Origin: Octopus bimaculoides
Taxonomy: Eukaryota
DNA length: 64,000 nucleotides
Direction of reading: 5' to 3'
Assembly: GCF_001194135.2 (NCBI RefSeq)
Contig: NC_068992.1
Coordinates: forward strand, 68,293,222-68,357,221
Shown here piece by piece: positions 25,898 through 39,077 of this stretch (position 1 is the first letter of the stretch; each line of letters starts with the position of its first letter). The translations under genes were made by a program, and so were the position numbers. Under the pieces are notes generated by a model that ran no database searches, was not told the DNA's origin, and saw only the letters and a list, made by a program, of their open reading frames with translations.

Positions 25898-28800
25898 TTT
25901 CATACACATTCATTTTAGCATTTGCTACAACTATATTATTGGTTGTTACTTTCGTATCCTTCTTGACCATAAGAGAGTAAAGGAAGGTTATATCAAACAT
26001 TGTCTGAAAACATCGGGGCTAGTAAGCAGTACTCTACACAGAACTAGATTAATACATTATAAGCCTCTGCTATCCTGCTAAAAGACGCCACAATACAATC
26101 TAATTACTTCTCATGATCACCACACATATATAACACTGACTAAACTACATCAGATTCACTAAAATGATTTTTAAGTTCAGTATAAGCTTTAACCTAACTT
26201 ATTTGTTGCCTTGCGCATAGGATCCACTATTCATAGGTGTTCTGCTGCTGGAGATAAAGGTACCTTAAGTATTGTCAATGATTTAACTACAGACACTATT
26301 GAGCAACCAGTATATCAACATAAAATGTGTTGTTTGTAATAACTGTATCTTCTATACTCTGACGCTTTCTAATCTCAAATAACTAGATACATACCACCTC
26401 TACTTTAAAACACCTGTATATATTCTGTTACATGATTAATTTTTGCAAAACTAACCCCACTTGCCCCTCTCTTTTCTTTCCTTCACTTGTATTATGTCTA
26501 ACCTTCAGACCTAGCAACAAATACGTTTCACAGTCTTACGAGAAATGTTTCGAGCTACAATTTAAGTCGCTCTTACATATTATATTCTGATACACAGATA
26601 ACCACATTGGTCTCCCCTTTCTAGGACAGGCTTAATCACTATTACTTTTGAGCCAATTGAATTATGCCAAGTGTTAATCTCGGATAAAATTATGATGGTC
26701 ATGGCATATAAAACTGTTGTTATACAAATAGCCTACAGTCAATGTTTATAGTCTTGCATACAAAGATATTCCAAAACTCTAACTACTAATCTACAGTCAC
26801 ACAAGCAATGATTTATTAAAGATGTTGCAGTAGAACTATAATTTCCCACTTAATATATGTCGCAATATAATTTGAATTTTAATATTGATATAAAAAATAA
26901 TTGACTGTCTAATAGGTATGGAAATTGTTTTAAATTTGGTGGTAGTATTAAATGACGGAACAAATTGAATAGCTTGTGTTAAACATATCGTTTCTCGATT
27001 AAAATATGTTTGTGTATTTTCGGTAGAAGCCATCATATTCACATTATTAATTTTGATATTTTTCATTTATCTGTTCATTTCATATTTGTATCTTTATGTA
27101 TTATTGATCCATAATATATCATGTGGAATGATTTATATTAAACGAGCAGTAAGTAACGAGACATTCTTGAATTCATAAATAACTGAAACAAATTACTGCA
27201 GTGATTCTACATGTTATAAACTGAGATTTTCTCCAGTCTGAATGTATGACTGACCAGAGCACAATTTGCTCCATTGACAAGTTTGAGCAGGGACTCCACT
27301 TGTACTTGTTTGTGGCGTGTTGGTACATATAACAATATCGATTTGTCTTAGTTGTGCAATTTGAGTGTCACCTTGGGTGTGTGATCTTCACAGATGTATA
27401 CTGTAATTCCACTGTGGCTCCTTTTTCTCCTGTTTGTTCGTAATACAACATACTGCAGTATGTGTTTTTCTGCATCCCTATATATCAGGGATAAGATGCG
27501 ATCCTAAGCATGCTATGCATATGTTCGTCACTAACGAACTGTCGCAACAGCTTTCTATATTTCTGTATATGTTGATTTGAGGACCAACACCTTCAACGTA
27601 GCCTTCGGATGCTTTCCTCCCAACATACCATCATTATAATAAAACCTTACACATGCAGTTCTCTCCTACTTTAATATAGTGATTCGTCTTATTATTTCAT
27701 GACCTGTTATTAATTATACTCAACATTCATTTTAAGTTATAAATGTAAATGTACAAAAAGACTTTTACCTTTCATTCTGTAAGTTAATTTTTCTCAATAA
27801 AGTTAGAGGTAATGATCATAAAAGCACTACATAAGGAAGTGGACTATGTAGGAAAGTGCGATGAAAACTATTTCTTGTTCGTTACCGCAGTTCTAATTCG
27901 ACTGAGCAAATATTGTATAAATGCTGTTACCGGATCACCTATCTTTCTTTACGGGGTGAATTGAAAACGATATAGCGATTATTTCTTGTTAGAAGAGCAA
28001 CCCATATAATGCATGATTCGTTAGCACGCTAATCAACAACTTCGAATGTTACAAATATCAAAATAGGAATTTGTACCAAGTACTAAATATTCTTCTGCGG
28101 AATTTCGATTCCTCGTCGAAACAATTTTATTTGTATGAACGTGACTTTATCGAATTATTTTCCCCAACCAATGCAGTCAATAGTGACGCTCGGAAGTCGC
28201 TTCACTGGCATTTGTTTATCAAGCAATGTATCAATTTATGTCGATATTTTCTTTTATAATTTATTTCTACTTCACAACTCAACCTTCATTTCCAAGTATG
28301 TACGAACTTGCTTTCAGCCTTCCATAAATTGAATGGACGTATTTCCTCTATTTATCTTATTACGGCTCTGTATAAAAAGAAAAATGTTTTCCTATACAAA
28401 GAATAGGGAAAAAAATGTAACTTGCAGTAATCTTACTCCCACGCTCTTTGCTTTATAGAAATAACTAAATAAAGAAGAAAATCATTGTCGGATTCGATTC
28501 GTTAACAATTCACCATACTGCAATATTTGATGAGTATTGACTAACCAAATCCAGTGGGATTTTGCTTGTCGTTACGAATCTCTACAGAGAGTCTTTTGGG
28601 ATTTGAATTATTCTATCCATTTTTTCCCTGTCTGTTTTGCATATTTAGCACCCAAACCTTTTTTCTTGTATTAATTAAAGTGCTATTCTCGCGGTCACAC
28701 CTTTTGAAGGAAAATAGTCAATTGTACTGTACCTACTACTTGACATGTATTTATTTTATGAACCACGTTAAACACGCCAAGATTTGAATTTTAAACTTAC

Positions 28801-31103
28801 AGAGCCCGGCTAAAATTTATTTGTGACCTACACACGTGACTTACAACATCAACATCCACTGAGTAGCAGTAATTGATTACGAAAACTACTGGCTGCATTG
28901 TATATTGCATGATAGTTTCTTTAAATTGTAGATATGAATGAAGTCTTCCAATGGAAATAGCTGAAATATTCTGAGATACACCTATCGGAGTTACCCCCAA
29001 ACTATCTCATTCTTTGAAGAAGAATCCCTCATTAATGTTGTGTTCGTACATGCTAATTAGCTAGTGAGCTCTATTATAGGTATAAGATTATATAATTAAA
29101 ACTAGGTGGAACAATAAGACTGTATTGTCTTATTATAAGCATACTTCAGTGCCAGTAGCAAGACACGATCTCTGTCTAGAGTTACAACGCGCATTATCTC
29201 ATTAACATTATCTCATACGTTTATTCTGATGTTGAACTGAACTGAACTATTTATTCCAGTTAGAATTACAGTGTTCTATGGTTTCAAGGTATTTTCGCAT
29301 CAGCAGGATTATGCAAGTAATTCTGTGCAGTTGGATAACATAGCGCTCTCTAATCACACATCTCTAATTAAGTCGGATTTCATCCTTACTGCTTTTAAAG
29401 AGAAACAAATTAAACGTAGTTCTTTGATGATTTTATGCATAACTGTGATTTCAATCCAATATAGTATGAACATAAAGATTAAAACCAAAATATACGATGA
29501 AACAAAGAATAAGGAAAATATTTGCTGAAACAAAAGCAACATAAAATAAAAGGTAAAATAACAAACTGTGATCAACAATTTGTAAAGACTAAATACATGA
29601 AATGCAATAAAATTAAATGTAAAAAATACTTCGAAAAAACAAGAAAAAAAAGAGAAACTTAAATTTTACAAAGAAAAATAGGATATTCAATGTCTTTGTA
29701 TATCTAACGCACCTCCCGTTATTGAAATCTTCTTACAACTTCCTATCTCCCAACCTTTGACTAAATAGTCTATAAAATATCTTTAAACAGAACCATGGTT
29801 GGGTACCGCATCCTTTTAATCAACAACCATTGTGCTACTCTCAGAATCATGATTCCCTTAAGGAAATACTCAGTGTATAGAAAATAAACAAGGTAGCTAG
29901 TTAGAAAGGAGCCCATTTCTTGAAATGTGGAAGAATTTATTAAGCAGGAAATTATAACCAGCAGGTTATTTTAAACTTTTGATCGGTAAACCGTAATTAT
30001 AATTTGTAAAAACTTCAGCATCAATGAGCGAAATAATAGCCATTAAGACATGTTTTTCAAAGAAACATAAATAGAAATGAACACACATGCGCACGCACGA
30101 ACACAGACACATACATATTCATATTTAATTTTATAACAGTTTGACTGGACTCTATGTAACATCAAGCCATCTCAGTTCGTTCTACGTGCCTGCGAATACG
30201 ACCATGTGGTCCTCACCATCTTCTTTAGAATATTTTTACCATCCCGCTTATCGTTCTATATAATTCTTATTCCTCAGAAAAATATGTAAATATAAGCCAT
30301 TTTCAATAGACAGCCCTGAAGAGATCCGGTCCAATTAGGTTATTTTTTTAAATCTACAAAGTTTAACTGGGTTCGAATCTTGCAGATGAGATGTACTGTT
30401 ATATCTATCGACTAGATTGAAATATGTGTAGAACTTCAATGCTTATTTTATAATTATAATTATATGTTCCTTTAAATTTTATTTGTATTCACTAATTTTC
30501 TATATATGCTATATTTCATTGCGCTTAACATGATATAAATAATATAAGCATCCATAATTGTCTCTCAGTTTTCTTACGTGAATATAAAATGTAAATTAAA
30601 CTGCTTATCCGCATATATTGAGGAAATTCTCCCAGTATATCAGTTATAATATCAGTGGCTCTCTGGATTTTGTAATCCCTAAGGAAGACATTACATTCTC
30701 GATGTATATATATATATATATATGAAGCTAGCTAGACACAATATAAAACCAAGAAGGGTTATTTCATTTGTCACTAATAGTGACTGAGGGTGCAGGGTAG
30801 CAAATATAATGGTAGAAACAAGAGTCAAAGACCCTTATAGCCACAAGAAACATTTTGCCTATATAGTGACAGGGGAGATAAGGGCACCACACCGAGCGAG
30901 CGTACTATATTGGTAAGCCAGTTTTGCATAGAATTGAAGATGCTAAGTAATACTATTCCATTGCTGGTGGTTAAGCTAAATCCTGTCAGGATATGCAATT
31001 TATCATCAGAATCAAGGGTTCATTCAGTAAAATAGTTAGATGAAAATTGTAACCTAATGAAGGTGTGTGTATATATGTGTGTGTCTTTGCATGCGTATGA
31101 ATG

Positions 31104-31168
<65 letters not shown>

Positions 31169-32006
31169 NNNNNNNNNNNNNNNNNNNNNNNNNNNNNNNN
31201 NNNNNNNNNNNNNNNNNNNNNNNNNNNNNNNNNNNNNNNNNNNNNNNNNNNNNNNNNNNNNNNNNNNNNNNNNNNNNNNNNNNNNNNNNNNNNNNNNNNN
31301 NNNNNNNNNNNNNNNNNNNNNNNNNNNNNNNNNNNNNNNNNNNNNNNNNNNNNNNNNNNNNNNNNNNNNNNNNNNNNNNNNNNNNNNNNNNNNNNNNNNN
31401 NNNNNNNNNNNNNNNNNNNNNNNNNNNNNNNNNNNNNNNNNNNNNNNNNNNNNNNNNNNNNNNNNNNNNNNNNNNNNNNNNNNNNNNNNNNNNNNNNNNN
31501 NNNNNNNNNNNNNNNNNNNNNNNNNNNNNNNNNNNNNNNNNNNNNNNNNNNNNNNNNNNNNNNNNNNNNNNNNNNNNNNNNNNNNNNNNNNNNNNNNNNN
31601 NNNNNNNNNNNNNNNNNNNNNNNNNNNNNNNNNNNNNNNNNNNNNNNNNNNNNNNNNNNNNNNNNNNNNNNNNNNNNNNNNNNNNNNNNNNNNNNNNNNN
31701 NNNNNNNNNNNNNNNNNNNNNNNNNNNNNNNNNNNNNNNNNNNNNNNNNNNNNNNNNNNNNNNNNNNNNNNNNNNNNNNNNNNNNNNNNNNNNNNNNNNN
31801 NNNNNNNNNNNNNNNNNNNNNNNNNNNNNNNNNNNNNNNNNNNNNNNNNNNNNNNNNNNNNNNNNNNNNNNNNNNNNNNNNNNNNNNNNNNNNNNNNNNN
31901 NNNNNNNNNNNNNNNNNNNNNNNNNNNNNNNNNNNNNNNNNNNNNNNNNNNNNNNNNNNNNNNNNNNNNNNNNNNNNNNNNNNNNNNNNNNNNNNNNNNN
32001 NNNNNN
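31169..32006. other. largest assembly gap (others: 5017-5041, 22185-22194, 44645-45106, 45990-46279, 48031-48130, 51539-51837, 52434-53108, 59022-59330, about 60072-60260, about 63134-63251)
   Basis: Runs of N, almost all bounded by (TA)n or (CA)n. Confidence 0.98.
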
Positions 32007-32163
32007 TATGTTTGCATATATGTATGTATGTATGTATGTTTGCATATATGTATGTATGTATGTATGTTTGCATATATGTATGTATGTATGTATGTTTGCA
32101 TATATGTATGTATGTATGTATGTTTGCATATATGTATGTATGTATGTATGTTTGCATATATGT
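32007..32163. repeat. 28-bp minisatellite x~5.5
   Basis: TTTGCA recurs at 32011, 32039, 32067, 32095, 32123 and 32151. Confidence 0.9.
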
Positions 32164-32191
32164 ATTGTATATATGTATCTTTACCCGTCGA

Positions 32192-32290
32192 ATATTCTTG
32201 TTTGTCTGTTCCTTCTCGAGCCATAGCTGGCTCATAAGGGCCGATTTCCTGGGTTTCGCTGGTGTACAGGTACCCCCACCTGGACGGGAT
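32192..32290 (-). mobile_element. 3' tail fragment of another SINE/LINE family
   Basis: Minus strand CCCGTCCAGGTGGGG...GGCCCTTATGAGCCAGCTATGGCTCGAGAAGGAAC resembles a retroposon 3' tail recalled from octopus; not checked by search. Confidence 0.45.
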
Positions 32291-32299
32291 ATTCATATA

Positions 32300-32538
32300 T
32301 CTACGTGTGTGTGTGTGTGTCATTGTGTCTGTGTTTGTCACCCCCATCAGCTATTGACAACTTGTGTTGGTGTGCTTACATCCTCATAACTTAGCAGTTC
32401 GGTAAAAGGAGCCGACAATAAGTACTAGTTTTCAGAAATAAGTCCTGGGGTTGATTTGATCGACTAAAATCCCTTCAAGGTGGTGTTCCAGCATGGCCGC
32501 AGTCAAATGACTGAAACAAGTAAAAGAATAAAAGAATA
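32300..32538 (+). mobile_element. SINE family B (OK-type), head missing
   Basis: TGTGTCTGTGTTTGTC...AATAAGTCCTGGGG...CCAGCATGGCCGCAGTCAAATGACTGAAACAAGTAAAAGAATAAAAGAATA. Related copies at 34245-34335 (-) and 54705-55005 (+). Confidence 0.8.
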
Positions 32539-32967
32539 TGTTAATATATATAAATTAGTTTCTCTGTGTGTGTGTATGTGTAAAGTGCATAGTAAAAATG
32601 CTTGTTCATACATAATTATTTTCATTGTCTTACACGTATCTCGTCAGGAATGAATAATAAAATATCTGTTATATTACGGAAAGCTTAAACGCAATTAGTA
32701 TCAAATCAGTGATTGCATTTTTCTAAGAAGTATCTTTAAGATCTGTATTCGGAAATATACATCCTGTCACGGTATCGATTCTAATGATTTTGTTAGAATT
32801 GTTTTTTTTGTTTGTTCTTTTTTTGAGCGGGTGGGATAGTACAGAGAAGATAAATGTATTAGAAATTAAATCTTTGTGTCTCCATTGTCTCTGTAAAAGA
32901 ATGAGATATACATCAATAGTTATCAGCTTTCCAATATCTCAGCATGATATCCTTCTAACCTATGATA

Positions 32968-33623
32968 TACGTGGGCAGCCAGGCTGCTAGTTAGCATCCT
33001 TCTTCAAAAACTGTCACATACTCAAAGCAGTGTGTGGAGGAACATTGTCGTGATGAAACCACGACTCTCCACTTTGCCACAAGTCGGGCGTTTTCGTCTC
33101 ACCAAATCTCGCAAACGCTTCAAACCTGCCAAGTAAATTGTCTGGTTAACAGTTTAACTAGGAGGAATAAATTCTGTGTCCTCTAAGATCAGTTCATGAA
33201 TTTTCGAGATGTTTTCCTCCGTTCGAGAGGTCGACGGTCACTCTAAATGGGGCTGGTCTTCAAGCGACAAGTGGCCATTCCTAAACCGTGAAAACTATTC
33301 GTAACTGTGTGTTTCGCTCATAGCAGCATCCTTGAAAGGTGTTTGAAGCATGACAACTGTTTTGGCCGCCGTTTTTCCCAGCAGCGAGTAGGATTTCACG
33401 GTAGCACGCTGTTCCTTTGTTTCAGCAATCTCAAAAATCGACGAACAGGAGAGAAGCACTAGAAAACAAAGATGTACCATATTGCAGTCTGACTGAAATC
33501 GACGATGCCAGTTGGCAGACTAATGCCTGTGGGTCGCATCAATTGGCTTCTGGTGGCGGAAGCTTCAACTACAACGGGCATGTCCCACAGAAAACATTTC
33601 CGATTACTTTTGGTTACCCCCTC

Positions 33624-33626
<3 letters not shown>
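32968..33626 (-). mobile_element. mariner transposon, internally deleted, non-autonomous
   Basis: Minus: ETKEQRATVKSYSLLGKTAAKTVVMLQ...FSRFRNGHLSLEDQP...PSTSRTEENI (HTH region) joined at about 33175 to EFIPPS*TVNQTIYL..LKRLRDLVRRKRP. Right end TACGAGGGGGTAACCAAAAG abuts (TA)n; left end TACGTGGG is only partly similar. Confidence 0.85.
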
Positions 33627-33694
<68 letters not shown>

Positions 33695-34244
33695 GCTTGT
33701 ATTTGCACTTTAAAGAGTTCTCATTTTCAAATGCTCCTAAGCTGAAAACCATTACTATTAGAGGTTATTATAGAAGGATCCCGTTATTCGATAATCTAGT
33801 TTCCCATAGTGATGTAGCTAAATCCATAATTCCGGCAATTACAATTGCAAACAATGAACAGAAAACCGTAGCTTCAAAAGAAACAGAACATGTTTAGATT
33901 AGTATGGCTTCTTATGGATACTTGACTACTATGAACTCTCGCACTATATCAATAAATTAATGGAACAATCTATTAGTTTGTGAATGTTACAATTACATGG
34001 CAAAAGTTGAAGAATTTCTAAAAAGAAACTAAATAGAGATCTTGGTACGAAGAATATGTGCAGTTGTAGTTTTAGCCGTAGATGGTAGCTATATCTATAA
34101 GATCGTAATGTTTAAGTGTATGCTTAAAAATGATACCCGTTTTTACATTGTAGCTACATCTAAACAACACAAAAGCATTCTCGTTCATAAGCTTCTCTTT
34201 ATTAATGAAAAGTTAATTTTTTTTATCTACTTTGAAATCTTCTG

Positions 34245-34335
34245 TGACGAACCACTAATTTTCGGGGTTGTAGACACACCAACATCGATTGTCAAGTGAT
34301 GGCGGAGGGACAAACACAGAGAGACACACATGGAT
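34245..34335 (-). mobile_element. SINE family B internal fragment
   Basis: Reverse complement of the TGTGTCT.TGTTTGTCCC...CTTGACAA segment of 32320-32400. Confidence 0.65.
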
Positions 34336-34503
34336 ATGTGCATACATACGATGGATTTCTCTCAGTTTCCGTCTACCAAATCCACTCACATACACTTGCT
34401 CAAGATGCCACATATACATGTTTATACATACATATATTCATATGTATATATATGTATATATACATATATACATGTATATATACATATATATATGTATATA
34501 TGC

Positions 34504-34574
<71 letters not shown>

Positions 34575-36039
34575 TGTAGAATTGTCTATTTACAGTTTAG
34601 TGCCAAAGGAAGGCGTTTTTAATACAAGCATTAGAGATGCACCGTAGGACAAGAGTAGCAAGGCTAAGGTATTATGATGGTAAATTTGACAGATAGATTG
34701 AAAAGAAAGAAAGAAAGCGTACAGGGTGCGGGTCTTTTAATGTTGGCAGAGATGGTTGTGTGACGTCAAATGATGTTTTACGATTCAGTCTGATGGTCTA
34801 TTTTAAATTTAATTTTGAATATCTTTCTCTGTTTGTAACTACAATAGATGTGTAAGTAGTATTCTAATGTAGGCTGAGCATGTGCCTTATGTTGGATCAA
34901 AAGTTCAATGATTCAGCTTCCAATATTCTTTTACCAAAAAGAAAAAGAGAGAATATAGCCTTTCAAAAACAGTTTTACAATGTTATTGATGATTTGTTTG
35001 CATGTGTTTTATTGAATACGATTTAGTAAAATGCGAATACACTTCTGCAGGAGTTAATTTCTTTGACAAGGGTTCACTCAAAGGAAAGCATATATGACAC
35101 TTAAGGTAAGTCTTAGTAGAATCTGAATTGCTACACTTCATTTCTTCTTCAAATACACTATATATCTTTATTATCACAGAACAAAATTCACCGCAGTGTT
35201 GACCTTGATTATGTTCATAAAGCAGTTTTCCCAAAAGCTTTGTGCTGTAGAATCTGATGAAGGATAGAGTTTGGTTACTTCACTCTATTTTTCTCTCGTG
35301 AAACAATGCATGCAAGTGCGAAAGCGTTAGATTATAATATTTCAACTTCTCTGAAGGTAAAATGAATTAAGTTCAACTAAGTTTCAAGATCATACCAATG
35401 GTTCAGTTAGTTACTGAGATCACTAAAGTCCCTGTGAGTTTTTAAGTTCAAGAAAAGACTGATGTGGAGAAAATTCTCAACTGGTCACGTAGACGAAACA
35501 TTCTTTGGAAATAATGCGGTGAGGCAAAATTGCAGATGCGTACCGTGTGTTACATTTTGGGCCAGTTTATATTGTTTAAAATTTAAAACAAGCAACTCTA
35601 TGGCGAGCGATAAAATGTAAGGCCAAATAAAACTTGAAAATTATCTGAGTCAGCTTTGAAAAATATCAGGAAAAACAAGTATTAAAAAGAGTTTAAAAAT
35701 AAGAAATGAAATTTTAAAGAAATGCAGTTTGAATAAAAGCCGAAAAAATTTCAATTAAATTCTTTTATTGGGCCCTACGCCATATTTAAAAGGAAAAGTT
35801 TTCATCGAATATCTCCCGTTCATAATTGCTTAAATTTAATTTACAAGCTGGTAATACCAATTTGAGATATTATTGAGCATTTTAGTGTAAACAAAGGACA
35901 AATTCTAACGACGGATGTTGTTAAGGGTGAATACTTGGTAACAACTTCATACATGAAAAAGATTTGGTAGAGTTTATATAAAGAAATGTTATATGCCAAT
36001 TGACATCTACTCATTTGATCCGACGCAGTACATTAGGCA

Positions 36040-36720
36040 AATATAGGACGAAACAAGTATGTTAACAATTTTGGGGAGATATAGGTAGAGTAAGAAAAGT
36101 CACTGATAAAGAGAAGTAGAGAACTGTGACAGCCTACATGTCAAAAGATTATGAGCATTTGAAGAATGTGACATGTGACAGCTTGTGTGACACACGGAAA
36201 ACAATGAAAAAAAACAAATATTGGAGCATGAGTTTGAAGGAACACAGACAGATGTGTGACAAAATAAACAAAACTGCTAGAGGTATAGCTGTGTGAATAT
36301 GAGAAGCCGATTCAAGAAGCGGTAAACACTCGAAGGCTAATAAAAAGTTTAACATTCAAGCAGATCGTATCGATAGAATAATCTTTAAATTAAATTTTTT
36401 TTTATTTTCTTTTTTTTTTTGGAGAATGACAATTTTAAAATCGTGTGTAAACTGATAATGTGACAAATGAACAGGTAGAAGTTATGATAGTGAAAATATG
36501 AAAGAATATTAATACTCTTTGCCAATATGAATGAAGAGCAGAAAGAATTAGAGAAGAAAGATTGAGCAAATGGCTTGAGAAGATATTTAGACATACAAGT
36601 CAAAATCATTCCTGTTGTTATAGCAATGCTAACAATAATGCCGACACATATGTTCAACAAATTGTGACATTAGATGTGACAGTCATATAACATAGTTACA
36701 GAACAATGCCAGCCTCTTTT
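36040..36720 (+). mobile_element. degenerate R4/Dong-like LINE, zinc-knuckle/RLE region
   Basis: Remnant motifs LEHEFEG (cf. WYEHEPE), FNIQADRID (cf. DFNIQTDR) and DIQVKIIPVVIA (cf. KIIPVVIGALG). Confidence 0.6.
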
Positions 36721-37140
36721 CTGCAAGTAGTATTTGCGAACTGAATGACCGGCCATATTATCCTTAAATTTCAAAATATTAATGCATTTGGCGTAATCTA
36801 AGTGAATAGTTGTAGTCTTTATTCGCCTTAAGCGCTGGTGGTGATACAAAGAATTATCAATTTTTACTCGGGGTTACAAAGAATGAAATAACGTAATGTG
36901 GGGAAAAATACATTTGAGAGTTGGAGACGTTATACGATATGCAGAAGAACGTACTAAGAATTATTTTAATGCTAGCTGAAAGCATAGGAGCCCATGCATG
37001 CGCACGCACACATACGCATACATGCACAAACGTGCGCGAGCATGCCGGGATTAATGCTTAGTATGTAGGGCACAATTGGGTTGATGCATGTGTCTAATAA
37101 GATGTACCCTCATCTTGACAGTTTGTCATGATGTGTATAT

Positions 37141-37180
37141 TCAGCGTCACTTTGATGGCATGCACCACTGCTCTCTCAAT
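37141..37180 (+). mobile_element. family U terminal fragment
   Basis: GTCACTTTGATGGCATGC...CTCTCTCAATAAT matches the end of 8520-8995. Confidence 0.65.
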
Positions 37181-37196
37181 AATGATGATAATAATA

Positions 37197-37411
37197 ATCC
37201 TGTCTATTATAGGCACAAGACCTGAAATTGTGGGGGTGGGTAAAGTCGATTACACCAACCACAGTACTTGGCTGGTACTTAATTTATGGAACCCTAAAGG
37301 ATCAAAGGCAAAGTCAACCTCGGCGGAATTTGAACTGAGAACGCAGCAACGGGTGAAATACCGCTAAGCATTTCACCAAGCGTGCTAACGATTCTGCCAG
37401 CTCTCCGCCTT
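37197..37411 (-). mobile_element. SINE family A copy (alpha tail)
   Basis: Full-length reverse copy flanked by (AAT)n. Confidence 0.85.
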
Positions 37412-37437
37412 CATAATAATAATAATAATAATAATAA

Positions 37438-37632
37438 TTCTGCCTAATATAGGCACAAGGCCTGAAATTTTGTGGGATTACATTGACTGCAGTACTTAAC
37501 AGGTACTTAATTTATCGACTCCGAAATGATTTAAGGTAAAGTTAACCTCAGTAGTGTTTGAACATAAAGACGGACGAAATACTGTTAAGAATTTTGTCCA
37601 GCGTGCAAACGATTCTGTCAGCTCGTCGCTTT
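37438..37632 (-). mobile_element. SINE family A copy (alpha tail)
   Basis: Reverse copy with a small internal deletion, flanked by (AAT)n. Confidence 0.8.
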
Positions 37633-37663
37633 AGTAATAATAATAAAAATTATTATTATTATC

Positions 37664-37832
37664 ATTTCAAATTTTTGCCACAAGGGCAGCTTGGAGAGGA
37701 GGGAATGAGTCGATTACATCGATCCCAGTGTTCAATTGGTACTTATTTTATCGACCCCGAAAGGATGAAAGACAAAGTCGACCTCGGCTGCATTTAAACT
37801 CGAAACGTAGCGACGGGCATTTCATACAGCGT
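37664..37832 (-). mobile_element. SINE family A (beta tail), body part; head displaced to 38506-38536
   Basis: Ends ...CATTTCATACAGCGT; the consensus continuation GCTAAC... appears at 38508. Confidence 0.75.
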
Positions 37833-38503
37833 TTGGGACAGTCATATCAATGAGGACGCAGGATTTATGTCTGAATATAATATCTGGCCTATTCGCATCT
37901 ATCTTTCTGTCAGTTTGAATGGTGAAGTTCCAGAAGAGTGAGCTGTGGTCATTTTCAAGTACTGGAGGTGGTTCGTGTTCCCACAAGTGTTTATCAAAAA
38001 CCTTTTTTATAGTCCATCCAGGCTATCAACATGTTTTTGTATCATTTGTGACAATCTTCCAAGATCATCTTATTGATGAGTAGCTGATCTTTGCAACTAT
38101 AGGGCCCACGTTTACATCCGTTTTGCTCAAGGAATATGCCACTTTCTTTTAAATAAAACTATAGGTATATTCAGTCAAGACAGATGTTAGTGTTTTATAC
38201 ATTGTTGTTCAGCAGGTTTTGGGTCTATAATCTTTTGGTTCATTTGTTTCTTAATTTTTTAGAAGTAGGAATGTTACACCATTAACTAACCAAACGGGAA
38301 TCATACTTGGTTGTTGCAAAACATTGGTGTAAAGTTTTGTTAGCATTTCATGGCTCTCTGGGAAGGCATTTAACCAGAAGTTAGGAATTTTATCCTTTCC
38401 TGGAGATTTCCATTTGTTTGACTTCCTGAGAGCAGATCTTACATCCTATACTTCGATACCCTCCCACTTTTGCTCTTCTAAGGAGCCTAAGTCTGTTGAT
38501 ATT
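37833..38503 (-). mobile_element. R4/Dong-clade LINE fragment (RT N-half fused to RLE by internal deletion)
   Basis: SALRKSNKWKSPGKDKIPNFWLNAF...YRPKTC*TTMYKTLT...EQNGCKRGPYSCKDQLLINKMILEDC...AWMDYKK, then at about 37993 directly HLWEHEPPPVLENDHSSLFWNFTIQTDRKIDANRPDII...LIDMTVP. Confidence 0.9.
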
Positions 38504-38505
38504 CA

Positions 38506-38536
38506 GTGCTAACAACTCTGCCAACTCGCCGCCTTA
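38506..38536 (-). mobile_element. SINE family A head remnant
   Basis: GTGCTAACAACTCTGCCAACTCGCCGCCTTA followed by (AAT)n. Confidence 0.75.
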
Positions 38537-38589
38537 GTAATAATAATAATAATAATAATAATAATGAAGATAATGATGATGGTGGACTA

Positions 38590-38883
38590 TCCTGTTGAAA
38601 ATGACGTATGTGCGTTCAGTTGTTGCCGAACGACCTGCACGAATGATTTGATTATAGTGATCAAATGTTCGTATCACACATCAGCTCATTGCTCTCTCCA
38701 TCAAATCGATCTTGTCTGAACAAGTGTCATAGTGTGCCATACGTCAGGTGTCGAAGATATCGCAAAGCAACGTGATATGTAGTGATTTGCTCAAGAACAC
38801 GATGCACCACCCTGTCTAGGAATTGAAATCAAGATCACCAGATCGTGAGTACAACACCCTAACCACTAAGTCATGCACCCTCA
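38590..38883 (-). mobile_element. tRNA-derived SINE family C
   Basis: Minus head GCATGACTTAGTGGTTAGGGTGTTG...GATTTCAATTCC (A- and B-box-like), then GTGTTCTTGAGCAAA, a CORE-like segment. Confidence 0.7.
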
Positions 38884-38896
38884 TAATAATAATAAT

Positions 38897-39029
38897 ACTT
38901 TCTACTAAAATTACAACGCTTGAAGTTTTGCGGGAAGGATTAAGTCGATTACATCGACCCCAGTACTCAACTGATACTTAATTTATCGACTCCAAAAGGA
39001 TGAAAGGCAAATTCAACTTCGGCGGAATT
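38897..39029 (-). mobile_element. SINE family A, 5'-truncated
   Basis: Tail and body up to GGCGGAATT. Confidence 0.8.
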
Positions 39030-39077
39030 ATTATTATTAATATAAATATTGATAATAATAATAGCAATAAATAATAA

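Noticed and set aside
27448-27463. 16-bp perfect palindrome (also an 11-bp hairpin at 60526-60558)
   Set aside because: About one such palindrome is expected by chance in 64 kb.
30986-32389. Long ORFs of 370-450 aa (also those at 44.6-46.7 kb, 51.4-53.2 kb, 58.9-60.3 kb and 63.1 kb)
   Set aside because: They are open only because they run through N-gaps and dinucleotide repeats.
35251-35335. CTGATGA with a 7-bp hairpin and downstream GAAA
   Set aside because: No consistent helix I, helix III or NUH triplet in register.
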